Notes under the pieces: model-generated
What the model saw: the letters and a program-made list of their open reading frames with translations, nothing else
Told to the model about the DNA's origin: nothing
Database searches by the model: none
Part shown: positions 48,746 to 59,875 of the stretch, one piece after another
How the letters are laid out: every line of letters starts with the position of its first letter
Numbering within the stretch: the stretch's first letter is position 1
Position numbers and translations under genes: made by a program
Assembly (NCBI GenBank): GCA_002503285.1
Contig: DARI01000002.1
Coordinates: forward strand, 150,424 to 214,423
Length of the DNA: 64,000 bases
Reading direction: 5' to 3'
From: Euryarchaeota archaeon UBA557
GTDB taxonomy: Archaea; Thermoplasmatota; Poseidoniia; Poseidoniales; Thalassarchaeaceae

Positions 48746-51700
48746 TTAACTTCCGCTTTGCCGCTGTTGCTCATAATATTGCGCATAATATTCTTCTGCA
48801 TATTTTCTCGCTACGCTTTCTTCATAACCCTGGCCAACCATTTGTTGTACGTATGCTTCAATAGGATCCATCTGTTCAACGCCTCCAAAAGTTTCGATTG
48901 AGTCTTCTTTAGAATCGCTATCAGAACTTCGATTTCTCAGAACAAAGGTTGCTCCGACTACCAGAAGTAAGATTAGGGCTGCTAAACCTCCATATACAAT
49001 CACCATACTATCGCTTTCGCCTTCATTAGATACATCTTCTAAAGGCCTAGGTAAAGTGAATATAGTAATTTTATCATCAATAACGTAACTACCTTCAGAA
49101 ATTCTAATAAATATATCTCCAGTATTTCCATCATTTTCATCATATAAATGTGAAATGTTTAGAGCTAAGTTATAATCATCACCATCACAAAGACCGATTA
49201 TCTTATCATAAAAACCAAATTCTTTCTGAGTTGACTTTGATGCTTCGCCTTTGTCAAAAATTGAAATATCATTTAATGAAATTTCAACTACTACATTGCA
49301 ATCTTCCTCGGCACCACTTGTTACTTGCCCAGTTATGGCCAGAATATCTAATGCATCTAATGCATCAAATCTTTGTCCATCCGTAGTAAATAGATTATCA
49401 GAATCCACTACAGGCGGATCATCCCCAAATAATTCACCAACTACAACGAAAAACATTCTGAATTTTTCACTTTGAAGTCCTTTGAAATCAGTAACAACTA
49501 ATTCCAATCTTATTTGATTAGTTTGAATATTGTTTGCAGTTACATTCTTGAAAGCATAACTCCATTCTGGGCCTGCTCCCGATGGGCGGACAAACGAGTG
49601 TTTAGTATCAGATACTTGGCCCACCATATCTACTTGCACATCATCAACTATTGTCCAAGTGTATGTCTTTATTCCAGTACCTACGTCACTGCTATTTTCG
49701 GCAGTAAATGATATAGAAGTATCTCCCGATTCTGACAAACGTACAGTATATACTGGATAATATGCATATACCGGATCCCCTGAAGAGTCAATCCCTATTG
49801 GAACTCGCTTAGTCTCAGAAAACTCAAGATTTCCTGCAGTAACAATTTCGTCCCTGACAATAGATGCATTTGCGATAGGCCTAGAGTTATCAGCATCAAC
49901 ATCATTGGTGTAGAGAGTGATTTGCGTTAAACGAGTATGCCCGTATTCATCATGTAAATATAATTTCAATATCCATTGAGCATCTATTTTACAACCAGAT
50001 TCCGAATTTGCATCCGATACACACAAAGTTGCATTTACAGGAATATCTTTTACTTCTTGATGAATTGAACTTAATTTACCTGCATCCAAAATATTTCCAT
50101 CCCAACCAGTTACTGAATCATTATTTCCTGATTCTAGAGTCCAGTCAGCAAATATTCCTTCGACATCAGTAGTAAAGCTGAATTCTAATTCAGAGTTACT
50201 TCTGATTGCAGTCGTTACATAATTTCCAGACAAGGCATCTATTGAAGGGGCCTTTCCATCAATAGTCATATCGAACCCTTCTCCGGCGATTCCGAAATCC
50301 ATTGGATAAGGAGTAAAGTGGAAATCTAGAATACTTGAGAGTAATGGTATCGTAGAGCCACCATAACTTTCTGAGAGACTAGGATTTTCAACATCCATGG
50401 TCGTAACTATCAATCCTCCTTGATAATAATTACAAACTGACATTAATGATTGTGTAGGATTATCTTGATCTTTAATTAGAGTATGGAAAGTTCCTGTAGG
50501 GCTATTAATACGCCCACCGCATACTTGTGGAATTTGAGTTGATGTTACTTGAGATATATCAAGTCCTGATAATGCAACATAAGCACCTCCATGTACAGCG
50601 GCAAATGCAGAAGAGTCTACATCACTCATTATTGGATGGAAAGGGTCGATAATAGATATATTATCATAGCCAATCCTATTATCCATTGTTGAGTTAAATT
50701 GATTTCTCATTGCAATATCGATCCCAAAAGGTAATCTCTCAGGCATAAAATCATTTCTATATGGTCCTAAATGCATTTGAACAGTTCCTCCAGTTTGCAT
50801 ATAATTTTCCAAAGTTTCAGTTAAACTCAACCCATCTGTATCTCTAGTTTGGCCCATTAATTGATAATAATCACCATATTCTACATTATAATCTGTTTGC
50901 CATGGAAGTAATACTTTTTCATAATGCTCTACCCAGTCAGGAGTAGCGTAAGTTTCCCAATCATTTACTCTTAGTTGAGTATAAGTTTTACCCATTGATT
51001 CAAGATCTTGTTTAACTCTTTGAAGGCGATTTTGATCAGTTGGATTTGATAGAATTAGAACATCAATATCATCCATGAATAATATCTCGAAATATCTATC
51101 ATTTCCAGATTTTTCACCATCAGAACCCAAAGTTGCTGAGAAACTAATATTGTAAGTATGGCCACCTATCCATTCAGAATATGGGCTAGACCAATTTGCA
51201 GTTGCCCTCGAATGAGGGTCCAAAGTAAATGGTCCATTATCCGCATTTTGTTGATACACAGTATTACCATTTGTAATGTCAACTATACTCATGGTTAGAA
51301 TATAGTCGCCAGCAATAACTCCATTAAGCAATGGTAAGGAAAAACTATGAGAATTGGAAGATGTGCCATCAGGATTAGTCGGATAAACACATTTGAGCGT
51401 TATATCTGAAGCACAGTCCAACACATTTGGTTGCATCAATGTAATATCAGCGCTTGCAATACTCAAAATAATTGAAGAAAAATTGTTTGCAACATTTACT
51501 TCATCATTGTTAAACCAAGGAGTGTCAGGTATTGAATTATTAAAAATAGTTTCAACATCTATTTTGTAAATTCCACTATTAAAATCATGATTGGTTACAG
51601 TCACAGTTTGTTGTTCAGTTGAGTCCATGCCGTTAACTGGTACTGAGTAAGTGCCATCATCTTCGAAGGTAAACTCCTCAACACGAATATTATCAACTGC

Positions 51701-54700
51701 AAATCCTGCCAATCCCGCATTTCCATTTACTCCGTCACTGTTGGATTGGAATCTCCATGTCAATGATACATCAGAATTAGCCAATGTAGTGCATTCAGTA
51801 GTCCATGTGAAAGAATCAGAGTTAGTTTGATTAAGTACAGTTATATGTGTTAAATCTAATGTTACTGACTTCATTAAGCTTTCAGAATCATACCATGAAA
51901 CAGAATCATACTGATCAGAATAGTCTCCAAAGTATTCTACTTCATCATAACCATTACCATCAAAATCTTCACAGTAATGATATAAATTACCTCCAGATCC
52001 TTGTGCCAATAGTAATCCATTTTCATTCAAATCTGTCCAACTTCCGTAAACAATACCATTGTATAATTCACCATCTTTAGACCATTCTATTTCTAAAAAT
52101 GCTACATCCCTTTCTGCCAATACTTGGCCTTGATTATTTTTCAAAGAATCGCCCTCAGCAAAGTAATCGAATGTAAGATAAGTAAAATCAGCACCTGAGC
52201 CTCCAACAGCGATAGGGTCAATTGAAAATGATTCATTCCAATTATCTCCATATCCGGTATCAGGATGTCCCAGCCAGTATGCACCACTATTGAAAATTCC
52301 AACATTCTGTGGCAACATTGAGTTAGTTCCAGACGAGTCGTCTAATTTACTACCATTTTCATGGCCTATTTCATCATTATCATCAGACCAAATAGGCTCA
52401 AATCCTGAAAAATCTTCAATGGCAATTAAATCTGGCTCTGCGTTTTGAATTTTTGCCTGAACTTCAAAGTCGACGATAGTGTTGCCCCAATTTTGAACCC
52501 TTACTTCAATATCTCTTGTACCAGAAGCATATCTTTGACCATTTTCTAAACTCGGCCATGCCTTTTCAGCAAGTCCTGGATCAAAGAGGTTCTTTACAGT
52601 TAATTGGAATTTAATCTCATCATTTGTAGAGTCTTGATCGCTATTGCCAGATGGATTTGTAATTGTCACATCATTTAGAGATGTAGAAATATAATATGTA
52701 GTGTTGTTGACGAAATCTGCACTAAGCTGTACTATCCTATTTTCACCAGCAGCCAAATCAGTGAAAGAAATTTCTTGGCTAGCATCAGTGACATTTCCAA
52801 ATTCAACATTCCTCTTCCTAATAGTTAAGTTATCAAAAGCGAAACCATCTAATCCTGATCCAGATGATGAACCTGCAGGCCCTACAGTACCTTCTAAACC
52901 GCTTCTAAATCTAAATCTAATATCAATTATTTCACCTGCATAGGGAGTTAAATCAATTGATTCCGTCTCCGAAGGATCATCCGAAATTCCTCCGTCTTCA
53001 GTATAATTTATCCATCCTGAGGCATAATTACTTCCTCCAAAATTAACGTTATAATTATTATATTCTGGATCTTGATCGAACGCGTATAATCTTATGAGTC
53101 GTTCATTATCCCATCCACCCATTCTAGATACTTCCTGCCAACCATTTCCTTCACTCCATACTTCTATACCGCATGCATCTTCGTAAAGCCATCTTTCAAC
53201 AACAGAATATGCTTCGGCAAGGAAAAGTTCGAAAAATCCTGCACTGCACATCATAGAAATATCCATGAATGCAGCATCTGAACCAGTCAAATCTATATTC
53301 TCAAGAATAATTGCTTCATCCATATGATTAACATAACCAGATTTTTCTTCAGCAGAGTTATTTGTACCATCATCATAATCCATTCCAGCCCAGTAGTAAT
53401 TTGTTGGATTACTATCTGCTTCGTACCAAGAGACGTTTTCTGAATCAGCAGTAGAATTTGTTTCTAAATGCCATGAGGACTCTCCTTCTGAATATTCGCC
53501 CGTATATGAATAACTTGACAATTGAGCATTACCAATATTTATGAGAGGATTACTAGTTTCAAAATCGTGTGAATACACTACTGTATCTGAACCTCCCAAT
53601 ACTTCTTTAACTTCTAAATTGACGTCAACGCTTCCAGAATTTATAGCATTTAGTCCAGTATTTCTTACAGTAACATTGACCCATCGATTACCTTCGCCTA
53701 GCATTGCCCTACCTGTTGAGGGATCTACAGAAGAAGGTTCAATAGTAACTCCAGTTAGTCCTAAATCAAAATTATCTAAAGTCAAAACTGATAGATAATC
53801 ACTTGCACCTGGCCATCCTTGCGTATCAAGCCACATAGCATTATTTGCAAACCTGTATGCGTAATCTTTCTGCCCTATTATTATTTCTAGGGCACTGTCA
53901 TCTCCCCCTTGTAATTGCCCTGGCATTGCAACACTTGGCCTTCTTCCCACATCAAATGAAAGAGAGGGTAAATATCCACCAGAACCATCGCCAAGTATAA
54001 TCTCAACTGTATTTGTAGCCCTTAAATTCTCCAAGGAAAGATAAGTCTGATTTTGAGAGGATGAGTCTTGAATTATTTCCAATGTTAATTCAGTGGGAAT
54101 AAAGAAATCCATATCACCGTCTCCATTGACATCAGCTATTGTCAATGATGCTCCCAAGTAATTTCCTAATTCATTGACATAATTATTAGTATTCCAACTA
54201 GTTCCAGATTTTGTAGCATAATGGACTCTGCCTTCGATTCCATCTATGGCTGCAATCAGATCTATTTCATTAACATCATCATCAGGAGTAGTGTCTGAAA
54301 TATCTATACCATAGAGTGGATAATTATGCTCAACATTTAGTTTAAATTCATGCATTCCCTGGGCTGCAGGGTCCATTGGATTCGGATAAAAAACGTTTCC
54401 TGCAGTAGGCAGGCAATTGAATTCTAGTACTGTCATATTATCGAAATGCCCTGCAGAGTAACCTACCCCTACATTTGACGGAGGAGTACGTAGTAGCCAT
54501 AAATCTAAATCTTCACAATCACCAGTGGTTGGTATGCCAATGCCTCCACCTTGAACAGTTTCTCCCCAGTGGCCTAACATCACATCAGTGTAAATTCCGT
54601 TTGTTAATGGAACAGGGATGGTTTGTTGGTTAATTGGAAGAGTGTAATCTGGGCCCATGTAAACCTGTATGTACTGATTTGCACCAGTACTGTCCGTAGT

Positions 54701-55306
54701 TACGAAAACAGTATCTGCATTACCATCGCCATTAATATCTGCAACATCTAAGTCTTGCAAGTAAGGATTTGTGACTGTGATTGAAGCCATGTCTTCCCAC
54801 AGGTTGACCCTATCGTCACAAACTCCCTTCAATACAGTTAGATTTGCTGGCCTAACAAATGATTCCCCTACAAATCTTATATTTTGTTGATAATAGATTA
54901 TATCATTTATTTCATCGCCATCCACATCGGCTATTTCGGCTCTAGTTCCGTCGGCAGTATCTCTAAAACCAGCACGCCGTGTATCATTATTCGAGATATA
55001 TATGTCTTGTCTATCTGCAAAGGAACCCGTAGGAGTACTTTCTGCATTTCCAAAACCATCATTATAAAGAACACTTAGGAAATGCCCCATGGTGCTTGCT
55101 GCAATGATATCATTATCTCCATCACAATCTAAGTCTCCGACTGCAATTGCAGAAGGATCTCTTTGAACTGCATATTGAGTCGTATGAGAGCCATAAACTG
55201 TGGGAACTAAGGTAATTAATGTTGAAGACACCATGAGAATTACTATTCCCAATGCTTTTCCTATGGCGATATCACGGCCACTTTCTTTATTCGGTCTATT
55301 AAACAT
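48746..55306 (-). CDS. Giant surface protein (2186 aa) with FG-GAP/VCBS-type calcium-binding repeats, N-terminal signal/anchor and C-terminal TM anchor plus short cytoplasmic tail
   Basis: The N-terminal hydrophobic segment is GIVILMVSSTLITLV. Repeated DxDxDG-type loops include DLDCDGDNDII, DVDGDEINDII, DINGDGNADTV and DVNGDGDMDFF. The C-terminal TM is LAALILLLVVGATFVL, followed by an acidic/aromatic tail. Many NxS/T sequons are present. Confidence 0.7.
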   Translation of the reverse strand: MFNRPNKESGRDIAIGKALGIVILMVSSTLITLVPTVYGSHTTQYAVQRDPSAIAVGDLDCDGDNDIIAASTMGHFLSVLYNDGFGNAESTPTGSFADRQDIYISNNDTRRAGFRDTADGTRAEIADVDGDEINDIIYYQQNIRFVGESFVRPANLTVLKGVCDDRVNLWEDMASITVTNPYLQDLDVADINGDGNADTVFVTTDSTGANQYIQVYMGPDYTLPINQQTIPVPLTNGIYTDVMLGHWGETVQGGGIGIPTTGDCEDLDLWLLRTPPSNVGVGYSAGHFDNMTVLEFNCLPTAGNVFYPNPMDPAAQGMHEFKLNVEHNYPLYGIDISDTTPDDDVNEIDLIAAIDGIEGRVHYATKSGTSWNTNNYVNELGNYLGASLTIADVNGDGDMDFFIPTELTLEIIQDSSSQNQTYLSLENLRATNTVEIILGDGSGGYLPSLSFDVGRRPSVAMPGQLQGGDDSALEIIIGQKDYAYRFANNAMWLDTQGWPGASDYLSVLTLDNFDLGLTGVTIEPSSVDPSTGRAMLGEGNRWVNVTVRNTGLNAINSGSVDVNLEVKEVLGGSDTVVYSHDFETSNPLINIGNAQLSSYSYTGEYSEGESSWHLETNSTADSENVSWYEADSNPTNYYWAGMDYDDGTNNSAEEKSGYVNHMDEAIILENIDLTGSDAAFMDISMMCSAGFFELFLAEAYSVVERWLYEDACGIEVWSEGNGWQEVSRMGGWDNERLIRLYAFDQDPEYNNYNVNFGGSNYASGWINYTEDGGISDDPSETESIDLTPYAGEIIDIRFRFRSGLEGTVGPAGSSSGSGLDGFAFDNLTIRKRNVEFGNVTDASQEISFTDLAAGENRIVQLSADFVNNTTYYISTSLNDVTITNPSGNSDQDSTNDEIKFQLTVKNLFDPGLAEKAWPSLENGQRYASGTRDIEVRVQNWGNTIVDFEVQAKIQNAEPDLIAIEDFSGFEPIWSDDNDEIGHENGSKLDDSSGTNSMLPQNVGIFNSGAYWLGHPDTGYGDNWNESFSIDPIAVGGSGADFTYLTFDYFAEGDSLKNNQGQVLAERDVAFLEIEWSKDGELYNGIVYGSWTDLNENGLLLAQGSGGNLYHYCEDFDGNGYDEVEYFGDYSDQYDSVSWYDSESLMKSVTLDLTHITVLNQTNSDSFTWTTECTTLANSDVSLTWRFQSNSDGVNGNAGLAGFAVDNIRVEEFTFEDDGTYSVPVNGMDSTEQQTVTVTNHDFNSGIYKIDVETIFNNSIPDTPWFNNDEVNVANNFSSIILSIASADITLMQPNVLDCASDITLKCVYPTNPDGTSSNSHSFSLPLLNGVIAGDYILTMSIVDITNGNTVYQQNADNGPFTLDPHSRATANWSSPYSEWIGGHTYNISFSATLGSDGEKSGNDRYFEILFMDDIDVLILSNPTDQNRLQRVKQDLESMGKTYTQLRVNDWETYATPDWVEHYEKVLLPWQTDYNVEYGDYYQLMGQTRDTDGLSLTETLENYMQTGGTVQMHLGPYRNDFMPERLPFGIDIAMRNQFNSTMDNRIGYDNISIIDPFHPIMSDVDSSAFAAVHGGAYVALSGLDISQVTSTQIPQVCGGRINSPTGTFHTLIKDQDNPTQSLMSVCNYYQGGLIVTTMDVENPSLSESYGGSTIPLLSSILDFHFTPYPMDFGIAGEGFDMTIDGKAPSIDALSGNYVTTAIRSNSELEFSFTTDVEGIFADWTLESGNNDSVTGWDGNILDAGKLSSIHQEVKDIPVNATLCVSDANSESGCKIDAQWILKLYLHDEYGHTRLTQITLYTNDVDADNSRPIANASIVRDEIVTAGNLEFSETKRVPIGIDSSGDPVYAYYPVYTVRLSESGDTSISFTAENSSDVGTGIKTYTWTIVDDVQVDMVGQVSDTKHSFVRPSGAGPEWSYAFKNVTANNIQTNQIRLELVVTDFKGLQSEKFRMFFVVVGELFGDDPPVVDSDNLFTTDGQRFDALDALDILAITGQVTSGAEEDCNVVVEISLNDISIFDKGEASKSTQKEFGFYDKIIGLCDGDDYNLALNISHLYDENDGNTGDIFIRISEGSYVIDDKITIFTLPRPLEDVSNEGESDSMVIVYGGLAALILLLVVGATFVLRNRSSDSDSKEDSIETFGGVEQMDPIEAYVQQMVGQGYEESVARKYAEEYYAQYYEQQRQSGS

Positions 55307-55401
55307 GATACTTGGGACATTCGCCTTGTTATTATGCCTTATTGACTCGTGGGCTTCAAAATATTTTTAAATAAGATAAATTGATAGGTAAAAATTAATG
55401 A

Positions 55402-55887
55402 TTATTGAGATTCCAACCAACTAGGGTTAGGAGAATATTGAACTTCCGCACCGCCATAGATTCTTTCCAATCTCCCCATAATCCATAATCTATCCAAAAA
55501 TATCTCCAAATCAGCATCTTCGCGATTCATTTTTTCACCAAGCGCCTTCTCAATAGAACTTATTGGCAGAGATGAATGCCCGTGTTCTCTAACGACCAGA
55601 GTCATCAGTAATTGTAACCATGCTTCTGCTTGGGGATCTCCCGAAAGATTATTTGAAAGTGGTTCAGGGATTTCTACTTCATTCAAAAATTCAATTATAG
55701 CGTTTAAATTTGGTTCAGTTTTTTTAGAGAAGCCCAATTCTTCTACTCTCAAATCTAAATCGAGGTTTCCGACTGCTCTTACTACTGATGGGATACTTGA
55801 AGGATTTGGTGGAGGACCTGGTAAAGTAGGCACATCTACAACATCCTCTTCTTCACTCACAATTGCCTCTGCTGGGGTCCTTAACAT
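55402..55887 (-). CDS. Hypothetical cytoplasmic protein
   Basis: 161-aa ORF, acidic and proline-rich at the N-terminus. No motif recognised. Confidence 0.35.
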   Translation of the reverse strand: MLRTPAEAIVSEEEDVVDVPTLPGPPPNPSSIPSVVRAVGNLDLDLRVEELGFSKKTEPNLNAIIEFLNEVEIPEPLSNNLSGDPQAEAWLQLLMTLVVREHGHSSLPISSIEKALGEKMNREDADLEIFLDRLWIMGRLERIYGGAEVQYSPNPSWLESQ

Positions 55888-55901
55888 AAAGTTCTCTAAA
55901 T

Positions 55902-58592
55902 TTATTTTTTTGCAAGATTACGTAATACGGTTTGTAAAATTCCGCCGTTCCTGAAGTATTCAACTTCTACTGAAGTATCTAATCGTACTTTGGCATGAAA
56001 ATTTATTATACTTCCATCATCTTTTTTTGCTATTACATTAATCAGAGACAAAGGTTCTAGATTAGCCGATATTGGTATATCATAAAATTCAGTCCCATCT
56101 AATCCTAAACTATTGGCATCTTGCCCTTCTAGGAAAGTTAGAGGTAACACTCCCATTCCAACTAAATTTGATCTATGGATTCTTTCGTATGAGGTTGCTA
56201 TAACTGCCTTTATACCTAATAAAAGCGTCCCTTTAGCAGCCCAATCCCTACTACTGCCAGTTCCATATTGTGATCCCGCAAGTACTACTAGAGGAGTTTG
56301 TTCTGTCAGATATTTCTGGCTGGCATCAAAAATTGAAGTTACTTCATTTGAAGGTAGATGAGTTGTGAATCCTCCTTCTGTGCCTGGCGCCATTTCGTTT
56401 CTTATTCTAACATTGGCAAATGTGCCCCTCATCATAACCTCATGATTTCCACGCCTACTTCCAAAGGAGTTGAAGTCCCTTGGGCCTACTCCTTTGTTGA
56501 TTAGATAAACGCCAGCCGGTCCAGATTGAGGAAATGCTCCAGCAGGACTTATGTGGTCAGTGGTTATTGAATCGCCAAGTTTCAAAAGAACTCTTGCATT
56601 TGTAATTGGAATTATCGGGTCCGGTTCTTTTTTAATTCCCTCAAAGAATGTCGGTAGACGGACATATGTTGATGATTCATCCCAATCATATAGTGCTGAA
56701 TTTTGACTAGGTATTGATTCCCATCTGGGTTCTTCCAATACATCAAGATATCTTTCTCTGAACATTTCTGGACTTATTGCCTTTGAAATAACTTCTTGTA
56801 TTTCTTCATCTGATGGCCAAATATCAGAGAGCATTATCGGATCTCCAGAATCAGAAAATCCTAGTGGATCTTCGCTAAAATTAACATTAAGAGTTCCGGC
56901 CAAAGCATATGCTACAACTAAAGGTGGACTTGCCAAATAATTGGCTTTCACCTTTTGATGAATTCTTCCCTCAAAATTTCTATTACCTGATAATACACTT
57001 CCAACAATTAAATTTGATTCGTCTATTGCTCCCTCTATGGCTTTATCCAATGGCCCAGAGTTCCCAATACACGTAGTGCAACCATACCCTACAACATTAA
57101 AACCAAGATGAGATAGATCTTCAGTAAGTTCTGCGGCATCAAAATATTCAGTAACTACTCTACTTCCTGGAGCCAAACTCGGCTTAACCCATGGTTTAAT
57201 TTTAAGCCCTTTTGATCTTGCATTTCTTGCCAATAAGCCTGCGGCCATCATTACACTTGGGTTACTAGTATTGGTGCAACTTGTAATGGCTGCAATAACA
57301 ACATCTCCATGTTTTAAATATTCTGAAGTCCCAGATATTTTTGCCATGTCATCATTGCTAGATATTTCAATACCATGACCATGGGGCCCTAAATCACTGT
57401 TTAGTGATTTTTTGAAATGTACCTTCATTTTTGATAAATCGACTCTATCTTGAGGTCTTTTTGGTCCTGCCATCGCCGGATCAACATTTGATAAATCCAA
57501 TGATAATGAAGATGTAAAATTAGGAGCAATAGTATTAGAATCCGCAAAAAGTCCTTGTTTTTTAAGATACAATTTCACATTATCGACATGTTTTGGGTCC
57601 CTTCCTGAAAGAATCATGTAGTCTAATGTTTTATCATCAACAGGAAAGAATCCACAAGTAGCTCCATATTCAGGTGCCATATTAGCAATTGTAGCCCTGT
57701 CTGGTAGGCTGAGGTTAGAAATTCCGGCGCCATAAAATTCTACAAATTTACCAACGCAGTCATGTTTACGTAACATTTCAACAATTCTTAGAGCCATATC
57801 AGTAGCAGTTACTCCAGGATTTAATTTTCCAGTTAATTCAAACCCTACAACTTTTGGCAATAACATATATATTGGTTGACCAAGCATAACTGCTTCGGCC
57901 TCTATCCCTCCTACTCCCCATCCTAAAACTCCAAGTCCGTTTATCATTGTAGTATGAGAATCGGTGCCAACTAATGAGTCCGGAAACCATACATCGTCAT
58001 CGTCTTTCCTCGCTACAGATGCAATCCATTCTAGATTTACTTGGTGTACAATTCCCCTTCCTGGAGGTACGGCTCGAAAATTATCAAGACTATTTTGCCC
58101 CCATTTTAAAAATTTATAACGTTCCATATTTCTCTCGTATTCGATATCTAGGTTACGTTCTTTGGCATCTTTGAATAATCCAGAATAATCGACTTGAACA
58201 GAGTGGTCGATAACTAAGTCCACTGGGACTTGAGGATTTACTTTTTCCGGATCGCCCCCTAATCCAACCATTGCATCCCTTAATGCAGCAATATCTACTA
58301 CTGCGGGAACTCCTGTAAAATCTTGAAGCAATACTCTACTTGGACTGAATGGGATTTCCTTGGGCGTCATATCAGGACTCCAAGAAGCAATTCGCAAAAC
58401 ATCTTCTTCGGATATTAGAAAACCATCGCAATTCCTTAATGCTGACTCCAATAGAATTCTTATGGTAAATGGTAAATCATTTAATTTACAAATTCCTTTA
58501 TTTTCTAATGCTTGTAAACTCATGTAGTAAGACTCTTTACCTTCGGAAGTGATAAATTTTGATAACGAATCAAAGGGAGAATTAGCAATCAT
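55902..58592 (-). CDS. acnA: Aconitate hydratase A
   Basis: 896 aa with aconitase family signatures throughout, for example VIDHSVQVD and the Fe-S cluster cysteines in ITSCTNTSNP and GYGCTTCIGNSG. Confidence 0.9.
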   Translation of the reverse strand: MIANSPFDSLSKFITSEGKESYYMSLQALENKGICKLNDLPFTIRILLESALRNCDGFLISEEDVLRIASWSPDMTPKEIPFSPSRVLLQDFTGVPAVVDIAALRDAMVGLGGDPEKVNPQVPVDLVIDHSVQVDYSGLFKDAKERNLDIEYERNMERYKFLKWGQNSLDNFRAVPPGRGIVHQVNLEWIASVARKDDDDVWFPDSLVGTDSHTTMINGLGVLGWGVGGIEAEAVMLGQPIYMLLPKVVGFELTGKLNPGVTATDMALRIVEMLRKHDCVGKFVEFYGAGISNLSLPDRATIANMAPEYGATCGFFPVDDKTLDYMILSGRDPKHVDNVKLYLKKQGLFADSNTIAPNFTSSLSLDLSNVDPAMAGPKRPQDRVDLSKMKVHFKKSLNSDLGPHGHGIEISSNDDMAKISGTSEYLKHGDVVIAAITSCTNTSNPSVMMAAGLLARNARSKGLKIKPWVKPSLAPGSRVVTEYFDAAELTEDLSHLGFNVVGYGCTTCIGNSGPLDKAIEGAIDESNLIVGSVLSGNRNFEGRIHQKVKANYLASPPLVVAYALAGTLNVNFSEDPLGFSDSGDPIMLSDIWPSDEEIQEVISKAISPEMFRERYLDVLEEPRWESIPSQNSALYDWDESSTYVRLPTFFEGIKKEPDPIIPITNARVLLKLGDSITTDHISPAGAFPQSGPAGVYLINKGVGPRDFNSFGSRRGNHEVMMRGTFANVRIRNEMAPGTEGGFTTHLPSNEVTSIFDASQKYLTEQTPLVVLAGSQYGTGSSRDWAAKGTLLLGIKAVIATSYERIHRSNLVGMGVLPLTFLEGQDANSLGLDGTEFYDIPISANLEPLSLINVIAKKDDGSIINFHAKVRLDTSVEVEYFRNGGILQTVLRNLAKK

Positions 58593-58655
58593 ATAGATAC
58601 CTACATTCTTTCGAGTAGGCAGGGTCCTTTTAACCCTACTAAAATTAAAATAAAA

Positions 58656-59753
58656 TCAAACTTTTAAATATGCTTTTTTCAGCATTACTGTATTAACAGG
58701 TTTGTCACTTGAGTCAGTTTCAATATTGCTGATAGCCGTTACATGCTCACAACCATTAATTATTTGCCCAAATACAGTATGAACTCCATCCAAATGATGG
58801 GGCTCACTATCCTGAGGAATCAAGAAGAATTGAGAACCTCCTGTATTAGGTGCGGAGGTTTTTGCCATAGAAATTGTACATGATTCATGGAGTAATCCAG
58901 GAGTTTCTGAGGATGTTTCATCAGGTATTGTCCATTCACTCGAGTCACAATCTGATGGAGAATTGGAAGCTTGGCCATTACAATAACCGAACCATTTACC
59001 GGCATATCCACCCATTCCACTTAGGTGATCTATATCGCCGCCTTGAATCATAAAACCATCTATAACTCTATGAAATTCCGTACTATCATATCTAAGATCA
59101 TTTGTTAACTGTAGGAAGTTTTCAACATGTTTTGGCGCAAAATCAGAATTTAATAAAATTTCAATTGTAGCATCGATTCGTTCTCCATCAGAATCCACGT
59201 ATGATACTTCCATCATAACAGTTCCATTTAATAGTTCAGATGTTTGATTTTCTCCCTTTATAGCATTCCAAAGGCCTACTCCATCGGGATCAACAGTATC
59301 CGTAATAACTTTAAATGATACAAGGAATAACATAATAGTAACAAAAATAACAAACATTCCGCTAGGAGTGGGGTTACCTTCGTCAAACATCTGAAAACCC
59401 CCTTTTATTGAAATAGAATTTTCATCCATCATCGATGCTAATTTATTCATACGTCTGCGTGTTTCCTTGTCTTTGGGATCAAAATTTAAAGCGGTCTTAT
59501 AATTATTATATGCTTTTTGCCAACGTTTCTTTTGAGAATTAGAGTCTATCTCTCCCCAAAGGCATCCTGCATCTGCAGCATATCTAGATGTTTTTGCTCT
59601 TTGAGCATCACTTTTACATTCTTTCCATGCTACATCTCTAAGAATGTCTAAAGCTTTTTCTGGCTCTATCTTTTCTATTAATGTATTAGCATCATCCCAT
59701 GCCTTTTGCAGAGTCTCCGGTACGGACATCATAGTATGCGAGATACTACTCAT
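58656..59753 (-). CDS. Membrane-anchored cyclophilin-type peptidyl-prolyl cis-trans isomerase with N-terminal helical (TPR-like) domain
   Basis: Cyclophilin blocks FHRVIDGFMIQGGD, GGSQFFLIP and LDGVHTVFGQIING are in the C-terminal half. A single TM (FVIFVTIMLFLVSFKVI) separates it from a ~125-aa N-terminal helical domain. Confidence 0.75.
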   Translation of the reverse strand: MSSISHTMMSVPETLQKAWDDANTLIEKIEPEKALDILRDVAWKECKSDAQRAKTSRYAADAGCLWGEIDSNSQKKRWQKAYNNYKTALNFDPKDKETRRRMNKLASMMDENSISIKGGFQMFDEGNPTPSGMFVIFVTIMLFLVSFKVITDTVDPDGVGLWNAIKGENQTSELLNGTVMMEVSYVDSDGERIDATIEILLNSDFAPKHVENFLQLTNDLRYDSTEFHRVIDGFMIQGGDIDHLSGMGGYAGKWFGYCNGQASNSPSDCDSSEWTIPDETSSETPGLLHESCTISMAKTSAPNTGGSQFFLIPQDSEPHHLDGVHTVFGQIINGCEHVTAISNIETDSSDKPVNTVMLKKAYLKV

Positions 59754-59875
59754 TCAAAATGGCAACGGAAACAAATTATAATTAAGGTCACAAAAGAAGT
59801 GAGTAATGGTAATGGCTAAAGACTTAATATGCTCGCAAGTTACTTACTGGGCAAGGAACTGTTCAGCGTCAAATT

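Noticed and set aside
49150-55078. Several small plus-strand ORFs (49150..49386, 49251..49475, 49514..49711, 51847..52080, 52701..52943, 53541..53798, 54884..55078)
   Set aside because: They are shadow ORFs inside the 6.6-kb giant surface-protein gene on the opposite strand.
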